Assembly (NCBI GenBank): GCA_040235505.1
Contig: JBECKW010000034.1
Span: 1-51,522 of the forward strand
From: Desulfobacterales bacterium
GTDB taxonomy: Bacteria; Desulfobacterota; Desulfobacteria; Desulfobacterales; JAFDDL01
Direction: 5' to 3'
Length of the DNA: 51,522 nucleotides
The position numbers were made by a program, and so were the translations under genes. Numbering within the stretch: position 1 is the stretch's first letter; each line of letters opens with the position of its first letter. This document shows, in pieces, positions 18,250-27,925 of this stretch. Below the pieces are notes generated by a model. That model was not told the origin of the DNA. It saw only the letters and a program-made list of their open reading frames with translations, and ran no database searches.

Positions 18250-19635
18250 CTAAGCGTCCTTTGACCCGACATCCAGATTAAATTTTTTGATTTTCTGGCT
18301 CAGGCCGCTTTTCCCGATTCCCAGGAGATCCGCCGCCCTGGTCTGGATATTGCCGCTCAGTTTAAGCGCTCGAACAATCAATGCCTTTTCCACAATGGTG
18401 AGGGTTTCATTGAGTTTGGCAGTGGTGGGTATTTCCCCCAGGTCGAGGGTCTGGGTTGCCTGGTGACGAAAATGCTTCGGGAGATCCTCAACGGTGATAT
18501 TACCGCCCGGACATAGGATCATGGCTCGCTCGATAACATTTTCAAGCTCCCGGACATTACCGGGCCAGCTGTAATCATAGAGCATGCGGGCCACATCATG
18601 GTCTACGCCGGTAACGGGAATTTCCGACCCCCGCTCTTCGGCATATTTTCGAATAAAGTAATCCACCAGAAGTCGAATGTCCTCTCTCCGCTCCCGAAGC
18701 GGTGGAAGCGGAATATGGAGCACATTCAGCCGGTAATAAAGGTCTTCCCGAAACCTTCCTTCTTCGATTTCCTTCTTTAGTTTTTTATTGGTGGCGGCGA
18801 TAATACGCACATCTACCGTCACGGGCTTCATGCCACCCACCCGTTCAAACGTCCTTTCCTGAAGTACTCGCAGCAGCTTCACCTGCAGATTCTGAGAAAG
18901 TTCTCCGATTTCATCCAGAAAAAGGGTGCCGGTATCGGCAATCTCAAAGCGGCCCTTGCGCATGGCCACGGCACCTGTAAAGGCGCCTTTCTCGTGACCG
19001 AACAATTCGCTCTCCAGCAGGGTTTCCGCAAGCGCGCTGCAGTTGACCGCAACAAACGGCTTGTCCCGACGCGTACCGTTGAAATGAATCGACTTGGCCA
19101 CCAGTTCTTTGCCGGTACCATTTTCACCTTCGATCAGTACCGTGGCATTGGCCGGGGCCACTTTCTCGATGGTCTGGAATACCTCCTTCATGGCTTTGCT
19201 TTTGCCGATGATATTACCGAACCGGTACTGGCTTGAAACATCTTTCCGAAGACGCCGGTTATCTTTCACCACCCGGAACATACTAATGGCCTTGTTGACA
19301 AAAATAACCAACCGCTGATTATCAAACGGCTTCAGAATATAACTGTAGGCGCCCTTTTGCATGGCTTCGACGGCTTTATCCACAGTCCCGTAAGCAGTCA
19401 TCATGATTACCGGCAGTTCCGGATCCTTTTGTTTGATCTGCTCTAAAAGCTCTATACCGTCCATTCCAGGCATTTTCATATCCGTCAGCACCAGATCCAC
19501 ATCCGCATTTTCGAGCTGCTTCAATGCTTCCGGTCCGCTCCCCGCCGTCAGGGTCTCAAACCCCTCCTCCTCGAGGACAGCACTCAAAATAGGCGGATAA
19601 TTCTTTTCATCATCGACGATCAATACCGTTTCCAT
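18250..19635 (-). CDS. Sigma54-dependent (NtrC/AtoC/PilR-like) response regulator
   Basis: Receiver LIVDDE...DMKMPGMDG, AAA+ GENGTGKELVA, GAFTGA, LFLDEI, WPGNVRELEN, Fis-type HTH. Confidence 0.95.
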   Translation of the reverse strand: METVLIVDDEKNYPPILSAVLEEEGFETLTAGSGPEALKQLENADVDLVLTDMKMPGMDGIELLEQIKQKDPELPVIMMTAYGTVDKAVEAMQKGAYSYILKPFDNQRLVIFVNKAISMFRVVKDNRRLRKDVSSQYRFGNIIGKSKAMKEVFQTIEKVAPANATVLIEGENGTGKELVAKSIHFNGTRRDKPFVAVNCSALAETLLESELFGHEKGAFTGAVAMRKGRFEIADTGTLFLDEIGELSQNLQVKLLRVLQERTFERVGGMKPVTVDVRIIAATNKKLKKEIEEGRFREDLYYRLNVLHIPLPPLRERREDIRLLVDYFIRKYAEERGSEIPVTGVDHDVARMLYDYSWPGNVRELENVIERAMILCPGGNITVEDLPKHFRHQATQTLDLGEIPTTAKLNETLTIVEKALIVRALKLSGNIQTRAADLLGIGKSGLSQKIKKFNLDVGSKDA

Positions 19636-19645
19636 GATTTACCTT

Positions 19646-21121
19646 TCACTGCCCGGGCAGTGTCACCATGACCTCAGCGCCGCCCTCCGGCCGGTTGGCG
19701 ATGGTTACGTCTCCCCCATGGGATTTGACTATATTGCGGACGATACCGAGTCCAAGACCCGACCCGGTTTCCTTGGTCGTAAAAAAAGGATCCCACACCT
19801 TGCCAAGTACATGATCGGGAATTCCCCTGCCGGTGTCCTTGAACGAAATGGAAATCCATCGATCCTTTTGTGTAACTTCAATGTCGATTTTCCCTCCGCT
19901 TGTCATGCTTTGCATGGCATTGATGAAAACATTTAAAAACGCCTGATAGAGAAGCCCCTGGTCCGCCATCACCGCCGGTAGATCTGGCGCATAATGCCTG
20001 GATACCAAGATATGGTTCTCCCGGATCTGCGGATCGAGAAAATTCAAATTCTTTTCAACAACCTCCTTTACATCCGTCGGAAGCAGGTGCGGTGCCTTGG
20101 GCACGGCAAAATTTAAAAAATCCGTAATAATGGTGTTCAGGCGGCCTGACTCCTCAACAATAATGTCGGCAACCGGGTTTCCAGGTTCATAGGCCGCCAT
20201 CTTCTTCCTGAGAAGCTCCGCGGAACTTCTGATGATCCCCAGAGGATTCCTGATTTCATGAGAAACCCCCGCTGTCAATTCTCCGAGGGCGGAAAGACGC
20301 TCGGCACGGCCAAGTCGCTCTTTCAGCTCAAGCTGCTCCACGGCGCGTCGTTCAAGCACACCCTCTCTTTTTTTTACCACCAGCCGCAGTACCAGCAATA
20401 GAACCGCCATCACCCCGGTAATACTCAGGATCATGAGTTTCTGGAAATCAAAAATCTTCCGATATTCCTCGGTCAAATCCCGAACCACCTCAAATACCCC
20501 GAAAATGGGGCTCTCGACATCTTCCTTCTCAGCATCGCTTTCCATTTCCGGTGCAAACACAATTCCCTTGCCTTTTACAAAATGAAGGGTGGGATTTTCT
20601 GCCCGGAAAGGTGATACCGCCACCATCTTAACCTCTTTGGGGACCCCGAGAATAATCCCCCAAAAAGAACCCCGCTGGGTGAGTTTGAAGCTCGTTTTAC
20701 CTAAAAGCGCTTTCTGAAAAGCCGTGCTGCTGACGCTCTCCGACCCCACCTCGGAATTATCATAGCTGTATGAAATAATATTACTGGGTGAATATATTCT
20801 TACCATTTCGACATGATAGCCCTGCACGGCATTTCGAACCACCTTGTCCATCAAATCGTACTGTTCCTTGTTATGTAGTTGTATTCCCCCGAATTTCCAC
20901 ACAACCGGAATACTGAAATTATAGAACACCTGGTAATTCAGATTGGCGATGAGAAGTTTGGCATAGTCTTCGCTTTTGGTTTGGTTGATCGTTCGCGTCC
21001 AATGGATAAACAGTGCGGACAGGACAAGGGCGCCGACAAAAACCACAACAAGGCTGGTAAAGGTAAAAAATTTAACCAGTCGATAGGGTTTTGCTTTTTC
21101 TGCTTCTAAGGCGGATGTCAT
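19646..21121 (-). CDS. Two-component sensor histidine kinase, probable partner of the sigma54 regulator
   Basis: Two TMs with a periplasmic domain, SHEIRNPL, FINA, DTGRGI, FFTTK, GSGLGL. Confidence 0.93.
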   Translation of the reverse strand: MTSALEAEKAKPYRLVKFFTFTSLVVVFVGALVLSALFIHWTRTINQTKSEDYAKLLIANLNYQVFYNFSIPVVWKFGGIQLHNKEQYDLMDKVVRNAVQGYHVEMVRIYSPSNIISYSYDNSEVGSESVSSTAFQKALLGKTSFKLTQRGSFWGIILGVPKEVKMVAVSPFRAENPTLHFVKGKGIVFAPEMESDAEKEDVESPIFGVFEVVRDLTEEYRKIFDFQKLMILSITGVMAVLLLVLRLVVKKREGVLERRAVEQLELKERLGRAERLSALGELTAGVSHEIRNPLGIIRSSAELLRKKMAAYEPGNPVADIIVEESGRLNTIITDFLNFAVPKAPHLLPTDVKEVVEKNLNFLDPQIRENHILVSRHYAPDLPAVMADQGLLYQAFLNVFINAMQSMTSGGKIDIEVTQKDRWISISFKDTGRGIPDHVLGKVWDPFFTTKETGSGLGLGIVRNIVKSHGGDVTIANRPEGGAEVMVTLPGQ

Positions 21122-21640
21122 GAAAAGCTTGCCCTTTGATGAACAATCTCAAACGGTCATTAAAGTGAATTGTGTCAAAGTATGGAAAATCAAAGATCAA
21201 GTCAAGGCGATAAACGGGAATTTCGAGGCTTGAACTTGCCGATGGAAATCCCGGGCGGCAGAAAAGACGATGTCACCGTCTTTTTTCTGCCCGCAGCCCT
21301 CAAGTTTTTCCTTGAAATGCCGATCAACCTCCTTGGTTGGCAATATGAGCCGCCGTCTTGCTCAACCGGCTTTCATGCATCATGTTTCAATTTTTTTGAT
21401 TTAAAGAATTTACCTCTGTTCAACAGCAATATACCGACTTCCAGGAATGCTCAACCGAAATGATAAAATTGGTAGATACAATATATGCCATTTACACATA
21501 ATGCTCAACACAATATATTATAGTTATGCAAAATTATATTAAAATTATATATAATTTACTTGACTTTTTTCCGATACCGGCCGATAAGTATACCATTGGC
21601 GAACAAGATCAAAGATTTTCGATAACTCTACATAGAATAG

Positions 21641-21880
21641 ATGAAAAAGCCGATGACGAAAAATGCCCAGGAAAAAAAACCCGTGGGAGGCAACTCTCTG
21701 AGAGCTTTTCGAGAGTCGTTGCTGATGAGCAAGGCCGAACTGGCCAGAAAGGCTCGTGTATCACCCATCACCATTTCACGAATTGAGGAAGGTTATCCCT
21801 GCCGAATGGATACCAAACGAAAAATCATTCTGGCACTTGGCCTAAATTTATCTGAAAAACATAAGGTATTCAGTGACTAA
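21641..21880 (+). CDS. Small XRE-family helix-turn-helix protein leading the pilMNOPQ operon (start could be 21653)
   Basis: NSLRAFRESLLMSKAELARKARVSPITISRIEEG. Ends 9 nt before pilM. Confidence 0.85.
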   Translation: MKKPMTKNAQEKKPVGGNSLRAFRESLLMSKAELARKARVSPITISRIEEGYPCRMDTKRKIILALGLNLSEKHKVFSD

Positions 21881-21889
21881 GAGTTAATT

Positions 21890-22969
21890 ATGGCACTTTC
21901 AAAAAAAGATCATCTGGTAGGGCTGGATATCGGTTCACACTCCATCAAGATCGCTGAAATCGAACACGGCAAATCCGGCCGGGTCCTGAAAAATCTCGGC
22001 ATTGTCGAAATCGACCCCGACTTTATGGAAGACGGCACCATCAAAGATACTGAGGCTGTGGCCGATTTAATCAAAAAACTTCTAAAAAAACACAAAGTGA
22101 AAGAAAAAAAGGTCGCCATCTCGGTGGGTGGCTATTCCATCATCGTCAAGAGAATAAACGTCCAAACCATGACTGAGGAACAGCTGCTGGAAACAATCCA
22201 TTACGAGGCGGAACAATATATCCCTTTTGATATCAATGACGTAAACCTTGACTTTCAGATCCTCGGTGAAAATCGAAAAAATAAAAATCAGATGAGCGTC
22301 CTTCTGGTTGCAGCGAAAAAAGACCTTGTTGATGATTATATCTCCCTGGTTGATGCGGCCGGTCGCCAGGCCTGCATTATCGATGTGGACGCCTTTGCCC
22401 TCCAAAATGCTTTTGAAGCAAGCTATCTGGCCGAAGAAAACCTGGTGGATGAGGAAGAGGGGGAGATCGTCGCACTCATCGATATTGGTGCCGAAAAAAC
22501 ATCCTTGAATATTTTAAAAGGTGACACCTCTCTTTTCATGCGGGACATCTCACTGGGGTGCGCCCAGATCACCCTGCAGATCGCCTCCCAGATTGAATGT
22601 TCGATTGAGGAGGCGGAGGAAATTAAAACCGGGAAACAGGACGATCGAATTTCCGGGGAAGCGCTTGAAGAGATCTTTTCCGTTTTTTCAACCGAATGGA
22701 CCACCGAGGTGCGACGGGCCTTTGACTTTTTCTATTCCTCTTTCGGTGAAAGCGATATCTCCCGGATCATTCTAAGCGGTGGCGGTGCAAATGTCGAAGC
22801 CATCAGGAACATGCTTGGCACCGAAACCGATGTCCCTGTCGAAACCATTAACCCTTTCGGCAATCTGGCAATCAATCCAAACAAATTTGAACCGGCGTTC
22901 CTTGAACAAATTGCCCCCCAGGCGGCCATCGCGCTGGGACTGGCACTGCGAAGAGTTGACGACAAATGA
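21890..22969 (+). CDS. pilM: Type IV pilus assembly protein PilM
   Basis: VGLDIGSHSIK, EAEQYIPF, IDIGA, LSGGGA, ALGLALR. Confidence 0.95.
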   Translation: MALSKKDHLVGLDIGSHSIKIAEIEHGKSGRVLKNLGIVEIDPDFMEDGTIKDTEAVADLIKKLLKKHKVKEKKVAISVGGYSIIVKRINVQTMTEEQLLETIHYEAEQYIPFDINDVNLDFQILGENRKNKNQMSVLLVAAKKDLVDDYISLVDAAGRQACIIDVDAFALQNAFEASYLAEENLVDEEEGEIVALIDIGAEKTSLNILKGDTSLFMRDISLGCAQITLQIASQIECSIEEAEEIKTGKQDDRISGEALEEIFSVFSTEWTTEVRRAFDFFYSSFGESDISRIILSGGGANVEAIRNMLGTETDVPVETINPFGNLAINPNKFEPAFLEQIAPQAAIALGLALRRVDDK

Positions 22970-23547
22970 TACGAATAAATCTACTCCCGTTTAGAGCGGC
23001 CAGGCAAAAGGAAAACATTCGACGGCAGATTTCAGCCTTTGTTCTTTCGCTGGTCTTTGTCGCAGGGGTTCTGTACTATATAAGCAGCTTCTGGACAAAA
23101 AAAATCACCCAACTGAATACGCAAATCAATCAGATCAACCAGGAACTGACCCGGCAGACCGCCGCTGCAAAAGAAGTGGATAAAATCAATAAAGAGCTGG
23201 CCGCGCTTGAAAAGAAAACCCAGGTCATCATGAATCTTAAAAAGACGCGGCGTGAACCCATTCAAATGCTGGAGGCCATGACCGATTTGGTGGTGGCAAA
23301 ACGAATGTGGTTCACCAGTTTTTCGGATAACGACGACACCGTCAAAATCAAGGGGATCGCCCTTGATAACAAGACGGTGGCCGATTTCATGACGCGACTC
23401 GAGGGCTCAGGGCTCTTTTCCAATGTCAATCTGGACAGTACAAAACAAGAGAATCTTAAGAACTCCTTAAGCCTGAAAAGCTTTGACATAACGTGCAGCA
23501 AGGCAAAAGCTGAAGAAGCTTCGGACAAGAAGGCGGCCTCATCATGA
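22966..23547 (+). CDS. pilN: Type IV pilus assembly protein PilN
   Basis: MIRINLLP motif, TM, coiled coil, PilN domain. ATGA overlap with pilM. Confidence 0.95.
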   Translation: MIRINLLPFRAARQKENIRRQISAFVLSLVFVAGVLYYISSFWTKKITQLNTQINQINQELTRQTAAAKEVDKINKELAALEKKTQVIMNLKKTRREPIQMLEAMTDLVVAKRMWFTSFSDNDDTVKIKGIALDNKTVADFMTRLEGSGLFSNVNLDSTKQENLKNSLSLKSFDITCSKAKAEEASDKKAASS

Positions 23548-24188
23548 CAAAAAAGAAAAGCGCTATGGATTCGTTGGACCCTCTGTTTGAAAAGGTCGGG
23601 CAGCTGAACCGGATGCACCGGCTTCTCATCTGTATCGGTGCCTTTATACTCCTTGCGGGAGGGTTTTTCTATTTTTCCTATCTTCCGAAAATTGAAAAAA
23701 TAGATCGCCTTAAAAACCAAAAAGCTTCTCTCGAGCAACAGCTTGTCATCACCCGGAAAAAAGCGGCTCAGCTTGAAGACGCCCGGGCACGAATGAAAAA
23801 AGCCGAGGAGAACTTCATGCTCGCCAAAGCGGTTCTACCGGAAACCAAGGAAATCCCGTCGCTTCTTACAAGCATCTCTCAATCAGGGCAGGATGCCGGC
23901 CTTCAATTTCTGCTCTTCCAGCCGAAAGCGGAGGTGAAAAAGGATTTTTATGCGGAAATTCCCGTGGAAATCAAGGTGTCCGGCAATTATCATAACGTTG
24001 CAACGTTTTTCGATAATGTTTCCAGGCTGTATCGTATCGTCAACATCAATAATATTAATATGAAATCCGGAAATAAAAATTCGGAACTTGATACTTCCTG
24101 CACGGCAATTACCTACAAGTTTGTAGAAAATGAAGAAAAGAAACCGGAAAACGACAGAACAAAAAGCCGACAAACCAGTAGGAAATAA
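23544..24188 (+). CDS. pilO: Type IV pilus assembly protein PilO
   Basis: TM, coiled coil, LPETKEIPSLL, FYAEIPV, GNYHNVATFF, RIVN. Confidence 0.95.
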   Translation: MTKKKSAMDSLDPLFEKVGQLNRMHRLLICIGAFILLAGGFFYFSYLPKIEKIDRLKNQKASLEQQLVITRKKAAQLEDARARMKKAEENFMLAKAVLPETKEIPSLLTSISQSGQDAGLQFLLFQPKAEVKKDFYAEIPVEIKVSGNYHNVATFFDNVSRLYRIVNINNINMKSGNKNSELDTSCTAITYKFVENEEKKPENDRTKSRQTSRK

Positions 24189-24197
24189 GGTATTCCC

Positions 24198-24983
24198 ATG
24201 ATGTGGTCTATTCCAAAGAATAAAAATTCGATTCTCTTCCTGATCCCCTGCCTGTTTCTGATGCTTTGTTTCCTGACAGGCTGCGGTGATGAAACGCCGC
24301 CTCCGACCAAACCTGCGGTGGTTGAAAAACACATCCAGCAGACGGCCCCGAAAACAGCGGTAACTGAGGCGAAAAAACCCGCTTCTGACGCCCAAAAGGA
24401 AGCCCCTGCCGAAGGCACAGCGGCCCAAGTCACGGGAACCGCACCGGTAACGGTGGTTCCCGGTACGGATCAAAAAGAGACCGCTTCGACTCCATCTGCG
24501 AAAACTCAAGCCAACGCAGCCTCGGCACCTCAGCCGGTAGAGACGAAAGAAACCACTCCACAGCCGGAAGCATCGAACCAGGTATCGCTTAAAAAAAGCC
24601 TGCTGGATGAAACGATACCCCGGTATGATCCCACCGGAAGGATTGATCCGTTTGCTGCCCTGTTTTCAAATGAAGCAAACCAAGAGGCCGCTGCGAGCAC
24701 TATCCCGAAAAGGCCTCTGACACCGCTTGAAAAAATAGACATCAGCCAGTTGAAACTTGTCGCGGTCCTCATGGCAAAAAGCGGCAACAGGGCAATGGTG
24801 GAAGATGTTACAGGAAAGCCCTATATCCTGAAACCCGGTACTTATATCGGCGTCAATTCAGGAACCGTTACAAAAATAGAAAAAGACCGTGTTGTCATTG
24901 AAGAAAAAACCAAGGACTTTCTGGGAAGAGAAACGTCCAGCACGAGAGAACTTAAACTTCAAAAACCTCTTGGAGAAGAATAA
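24198..24983 (+). CDS. pilP: Type IV pilus assembly lipoprotein PilP with a long Ala/Thr/Pro linker
   Basis: Lipobox LTGC, YDPTGRIDPF, LTPLEKIDISQLKLVAV, GTYIGVNSG. Confidence 0.92.
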   Translation: MMWSIPKNKNSILFLIPCLFLMLCFLTGCGDETPPPTKPAVVEKHIQQTAPKTAVTEAKKPASDAQKEAPAEGTAAQVTGTAPVTVVPGTDQKETASTPSAKTQANAASAPQPVETKETTPQPEASNQVSLKKSLLDETIPRYDPTGRIDPFAALFSNEANQEAAASTIPKRPLTPLEKIDISQLKLVAVLMAKSGNRAMVEDVTGKPYILKPGTYIGVNSGTVTKIEKDRVVIEEKTKDFLGRETSSTRELKLQKPLGEE

Positions 24984-24984
24984 G

Positions 24985-27720
24985 ATGGCGTACCTGATTA
25001 AGAGACTATCCAAGCGTTTGATGTTGCTTCTGTTATTTGCCCTAATGGCCACACTTCCGGCCGGTTGTGCCACCAAAGCCCAACCGCAACCGGAGGAGGC
25101 TTATCAGGAAACGGAGCCGGCGTCCGACCTGGCATTGATCAACAATATCAATGTCGTTGAAGCAGACCAGGGAACCATCGTCCGGATTACCGGAAACAAG
25201 ATGCTCACCTTCACATCGGTCAAACAGGCCGATCCTGTCGGGGTCGTCTTATACTTCCCGAATACGGGCCTTGATCCATCGGCTTCTTTCCAGACCTCCG
25301 CAAAGGGACTTGTCAGCGGGATCGAGCCCAAGGAACTTGACGCGGATAGCAAAACCGTTCGGGTGGCAATCGATCTTACCCGCGACAGCACCTATACAAT
25401 CAACAGAAACGAAACCCAGCTGGAAGTCCTCTTTCCGACTACATTGGGCGACGAATCATCTCCGGAAGCTGCTGCTCAACCTGCCGTCGCAACCGCCGAT
25501 GTGCAGGAGTCGCCGATGCCGGCAGCCACCGTGAGCGAGGAGTCCTCCCAGGAAACTGGTGAGGCCCCTGAAGCGACCAGGCTGTCGGATGTATCCGCTA
25601 AAACTGAAGATAACCATGAGGTGATCCGCGTTTCGGCAAACGGGACGATTCGTGATTATACATCCTTTACGCTTACCAATCCTACCAGGATCGTTTATGA
25701 TCTGAGGAATATCAAAAGCCCCTATACCAATGAGCAATCAATCGCTTCCGACTCACCGTGGGTTAAGCGTGTAAGGTATTATACGCATCCGAACAAAATC
25801 AGACTGGTGCTGGACACCAGCAATTCCAACCCTCCCGCCTATACCGAAACACCGACAAAAGACGGCTTGGTTATTCAGGTCGGTGAAGACGTCCGGGCCG
25901 CAACCAAAAAAGCCCCGGTATATACGGCCGCGGCCGAACAGGTTTCGGACGCAGGCCCCATACAGGTCTCCTCTTCCGCCATCGGCTGGGTGAACCGAAT
26001 CGATTTCACCGGCGAAGCCGGCGGAAAATCCACCATCCTGATTGGTACGACGGAAAAGCCGGAATACACCCTTGAAAAAGCGGGGGCCAACCAGCTGAAG
26101 CTCACCCTTTTTAACACCAAGCTGCCGGATTACCGCGAACGCCCACTGATTACCACCGGATTTGAAAGCGCAGTGAACAAGATTCTGCCTTACAAACAAA
26201 AGAACGCGCCGAACCAGACCTTCTTTACCATCGATCTGCGTGAATCGGTGCCCTATTCTGTGGAACAGGAAGGCGATCTTCTCAAGGTGCATTTCGACGC
26301 ATCCTCGGTTCCTGCCAAACCACCGGCAGCCGAAATGACCCTTGCCGACAGCAAGCTAATGCCCGAAAAAACGGAATCCCCGGCCTCGGCTCAAACCACA
26401 TCGGTTGCAACACCAAAGTCAGCGCCTGCGGCAGCGACCAAGACGTCTTCCCAGACAGCCGAAACGACGCCTGAAGAAAATCAAAAGAAATATACCGGGG
26501 AGCCTATTGCCCTCGATTTTTATGAAACCGACATAAAAAATGTCTTCCGCATCCTTCGTGAAGTCAGCGGAATGAACTTTGCCATCGACAAGGACGTCAG
26601 CGGAACGGTGACGCTTTCCTTTGATAAGCCGGTACCCTGGGATCAGGTCCTGGACCTCATTCTCAAGATGAACCAGCTGGGTAAAACGATGGAAGGAAAC
26701 ATCGTTCGAATCGCCACGCTGGACACGCTACGAAAAGAGGAAAGCGCACGGGAAGCCGCGCTCCTTGCCGCCCAGAAGAGCAAGGAGCAGGAACTGGCGC
26801 TTGAGCCGATGCACACGGAATATATTCCTGTTAACTACTCCAATGCCAAAAGCGAAGTGCTGCCGCATATCCAGAACATTCTCACCGAAGGCCGCGGCAA
26901 AGCCGAGGTGGATGAACGAAACAACCTGATCGTCATCACCGACACCGATCGGGTCATCAAGCAGGCAAAGGCAATTGTGCAGGAGCTCGATAAAGTAACG
27001 CCCCAGGTAATGATCGAAGCCCGGGTAGTGGAAGTCAACAGCGATGTTTCCAATGAACTGGGCTTTGACTGGAGCGTATCCCAGAGCGGTGTTGACAGTC
27101 ATACACTGGGCGGCGCCTATGACTGGGATCTAGCAATGAATTATCCGCCGTCAAACACCGATAGTGGCCTCGGTTTCCAGTTCTCGAGAGTGGCCGGCAC
27201 GCCAATGGTTATAGATGCGCAGCTCAATGCACTGGAAACCCAGAGCAAGGGCAAGGTGATTTCGGCGCCCAAAATCATGACCTTGGACAATAAAAAAGCA
27301 TCCATCAAACAGGGTGTCCAAGTCGGTTACTTTGAACGGGACGATTCCGGCGGTTCATCAACGAAGTTCAAAAATGTTGATCTTCTTCTGGAGGTTACTC
27401 CCCATGTGACACCGGACAATCGGGTTTCCATGACGGTGAATATCACGAAGAACGACGTTTCGGGCGTCTTCAACGATGCACCGCTAATTGCCACAAATGA
27501 AGCGCAAACCGAATTCCTCGTCAACGACGGAGAAACCATTGTCATCGGCGGTATTCTCAAGAAAACCGAAACCACCACAAAAGATGGCTTTCCCGTCCTG
27601 AAGGATATTCCGGGTCTGGGAGTATTGTTCGGCTCGAGAAGCGAATCAACAAAAAATCAGGAACTGCTTATTTTCATTACACCCAAAATTGTAACATTGG
27701 CACAAAAAGCTGTCGAATAA
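24985..27720 (+). CDS. pilQ: Type IV pilus secretin PilQ with about three AMIN-like domains
   Basis: YTGEPIALDF, VPWDQVLDLIL, PQVMIEARVVE, SAPKIMTLDNKKASIKQG, GETIVIGGI, ELLIFITPKI. Start set at ATG 24985. Confidence 0.96.
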   Translation: MAYLIKRLSKRLMLLLLFALMATLPAGCATKAQPQPEEAYQETEPASDLALINNINVVEADQGTIVRITGNKMLTFTSVKQADPVGVVLYFPNTGLDPSASFQTSAKGLVSGIEPKELDADSKTVRVAIDLTRDSTYTINRNETQLEVLFPTTLGDESSPEAAAQPAVATADVQESPMPAATVSEESSQETGEAPEATRLSDVSAKTEDNHEVIRVSANGTIRDYTSFTLTNPTRIVYDLRNIKSPYTNEQSIASDSPWVKRVRYYTHPNKIRLVLDTSNSNPPAYTETPTKDGLVIQVGEDVRAATKKAPVYTAAAEQVSDAGPIQVSSSAIGWVNRIDFTGEAGGKSTILIGTTEKPEYTLEKAGANQLKLTLFNTKLPDYRERPLITTGFESAVNKILPYKQKNAPNQTFFTIDLRESVPYSVEQEGDLLKVHFDASSVPAKPPAAEMTLADSKLMPEKTESPASAQTTSVATPKSAPAAATKTSSQTAETTPEENQKKYTGEPIALDFYETDIKNVFRILREVSGMNFAIDKDVSGTVTLSFDKPVPWDQVLDLILKMNQLGKTMEGNIVRIATLDTLRKEESAREAALLAAQKSKEQELALEPMHTEYIPVNYSNAKSEVLPHIQNILTEGRGKAEVDERNNLIVITDTDRVIKQAKAIVQELDKVTPQVMIEARVVEVNSDVSNELGFDWSVSQSGVDSHTLGGAYDWDLAMNYPPSNTDSGLGFQFSRVAGTPMVIDAQLNALETQSKGKVISAPKIMTLDNKKASIKQGVQVGYFERDDSGGSSTKFKNVDLLLEVTPHVTPDNRVSMTVNITKNDVSGVFNDAPLIATNEAQTEFLVNDGETIVIGGILKKTETTTKDGFPVLKDIPGLGVLFGSRSESTKNQELLIFITPKIVTLAQKAVE

Positions 27721-27824
27721 CCGAGCTTGGGCTGTTGCTTCCTGACAACGGCAGGCAGTCAATAGCCGCCATCTTCTGGAAGAACTTCGGAAGGTACTTG
27801 AAACCGACAAAGCACGATCAATAA

Positions 27825-27865
27825 GGAATGGGTCGCATATCTGCTAAAGATATGCGACCCATTCC
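27825..27865. terminator. Strong hairpin between convergent pilQ and the TPR gene (probable bidirectional terminator)
   Basis: Perfect 18 bp stem GGAATGGGTCGCATATCT / AGATATGCGACCCATTCC, 5 nt loop. Confidence 0.75.
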
Positions 27866-27925
27866 ATTTGTTCCAAACCGGGGCGTTGATGTCGCAGGTT
27901 ACCGTAATCGTTTCGGTAGTGAAAT

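Noticed and set aside
18250-21121. Naming the two-component pair pilR/pilS
   Set aside because: Proximity to pilMNOPQ is suggestive, but NtrC-family paralogues cannot be distinguished by eye and no pilin gene or sigma54 promoter was found.
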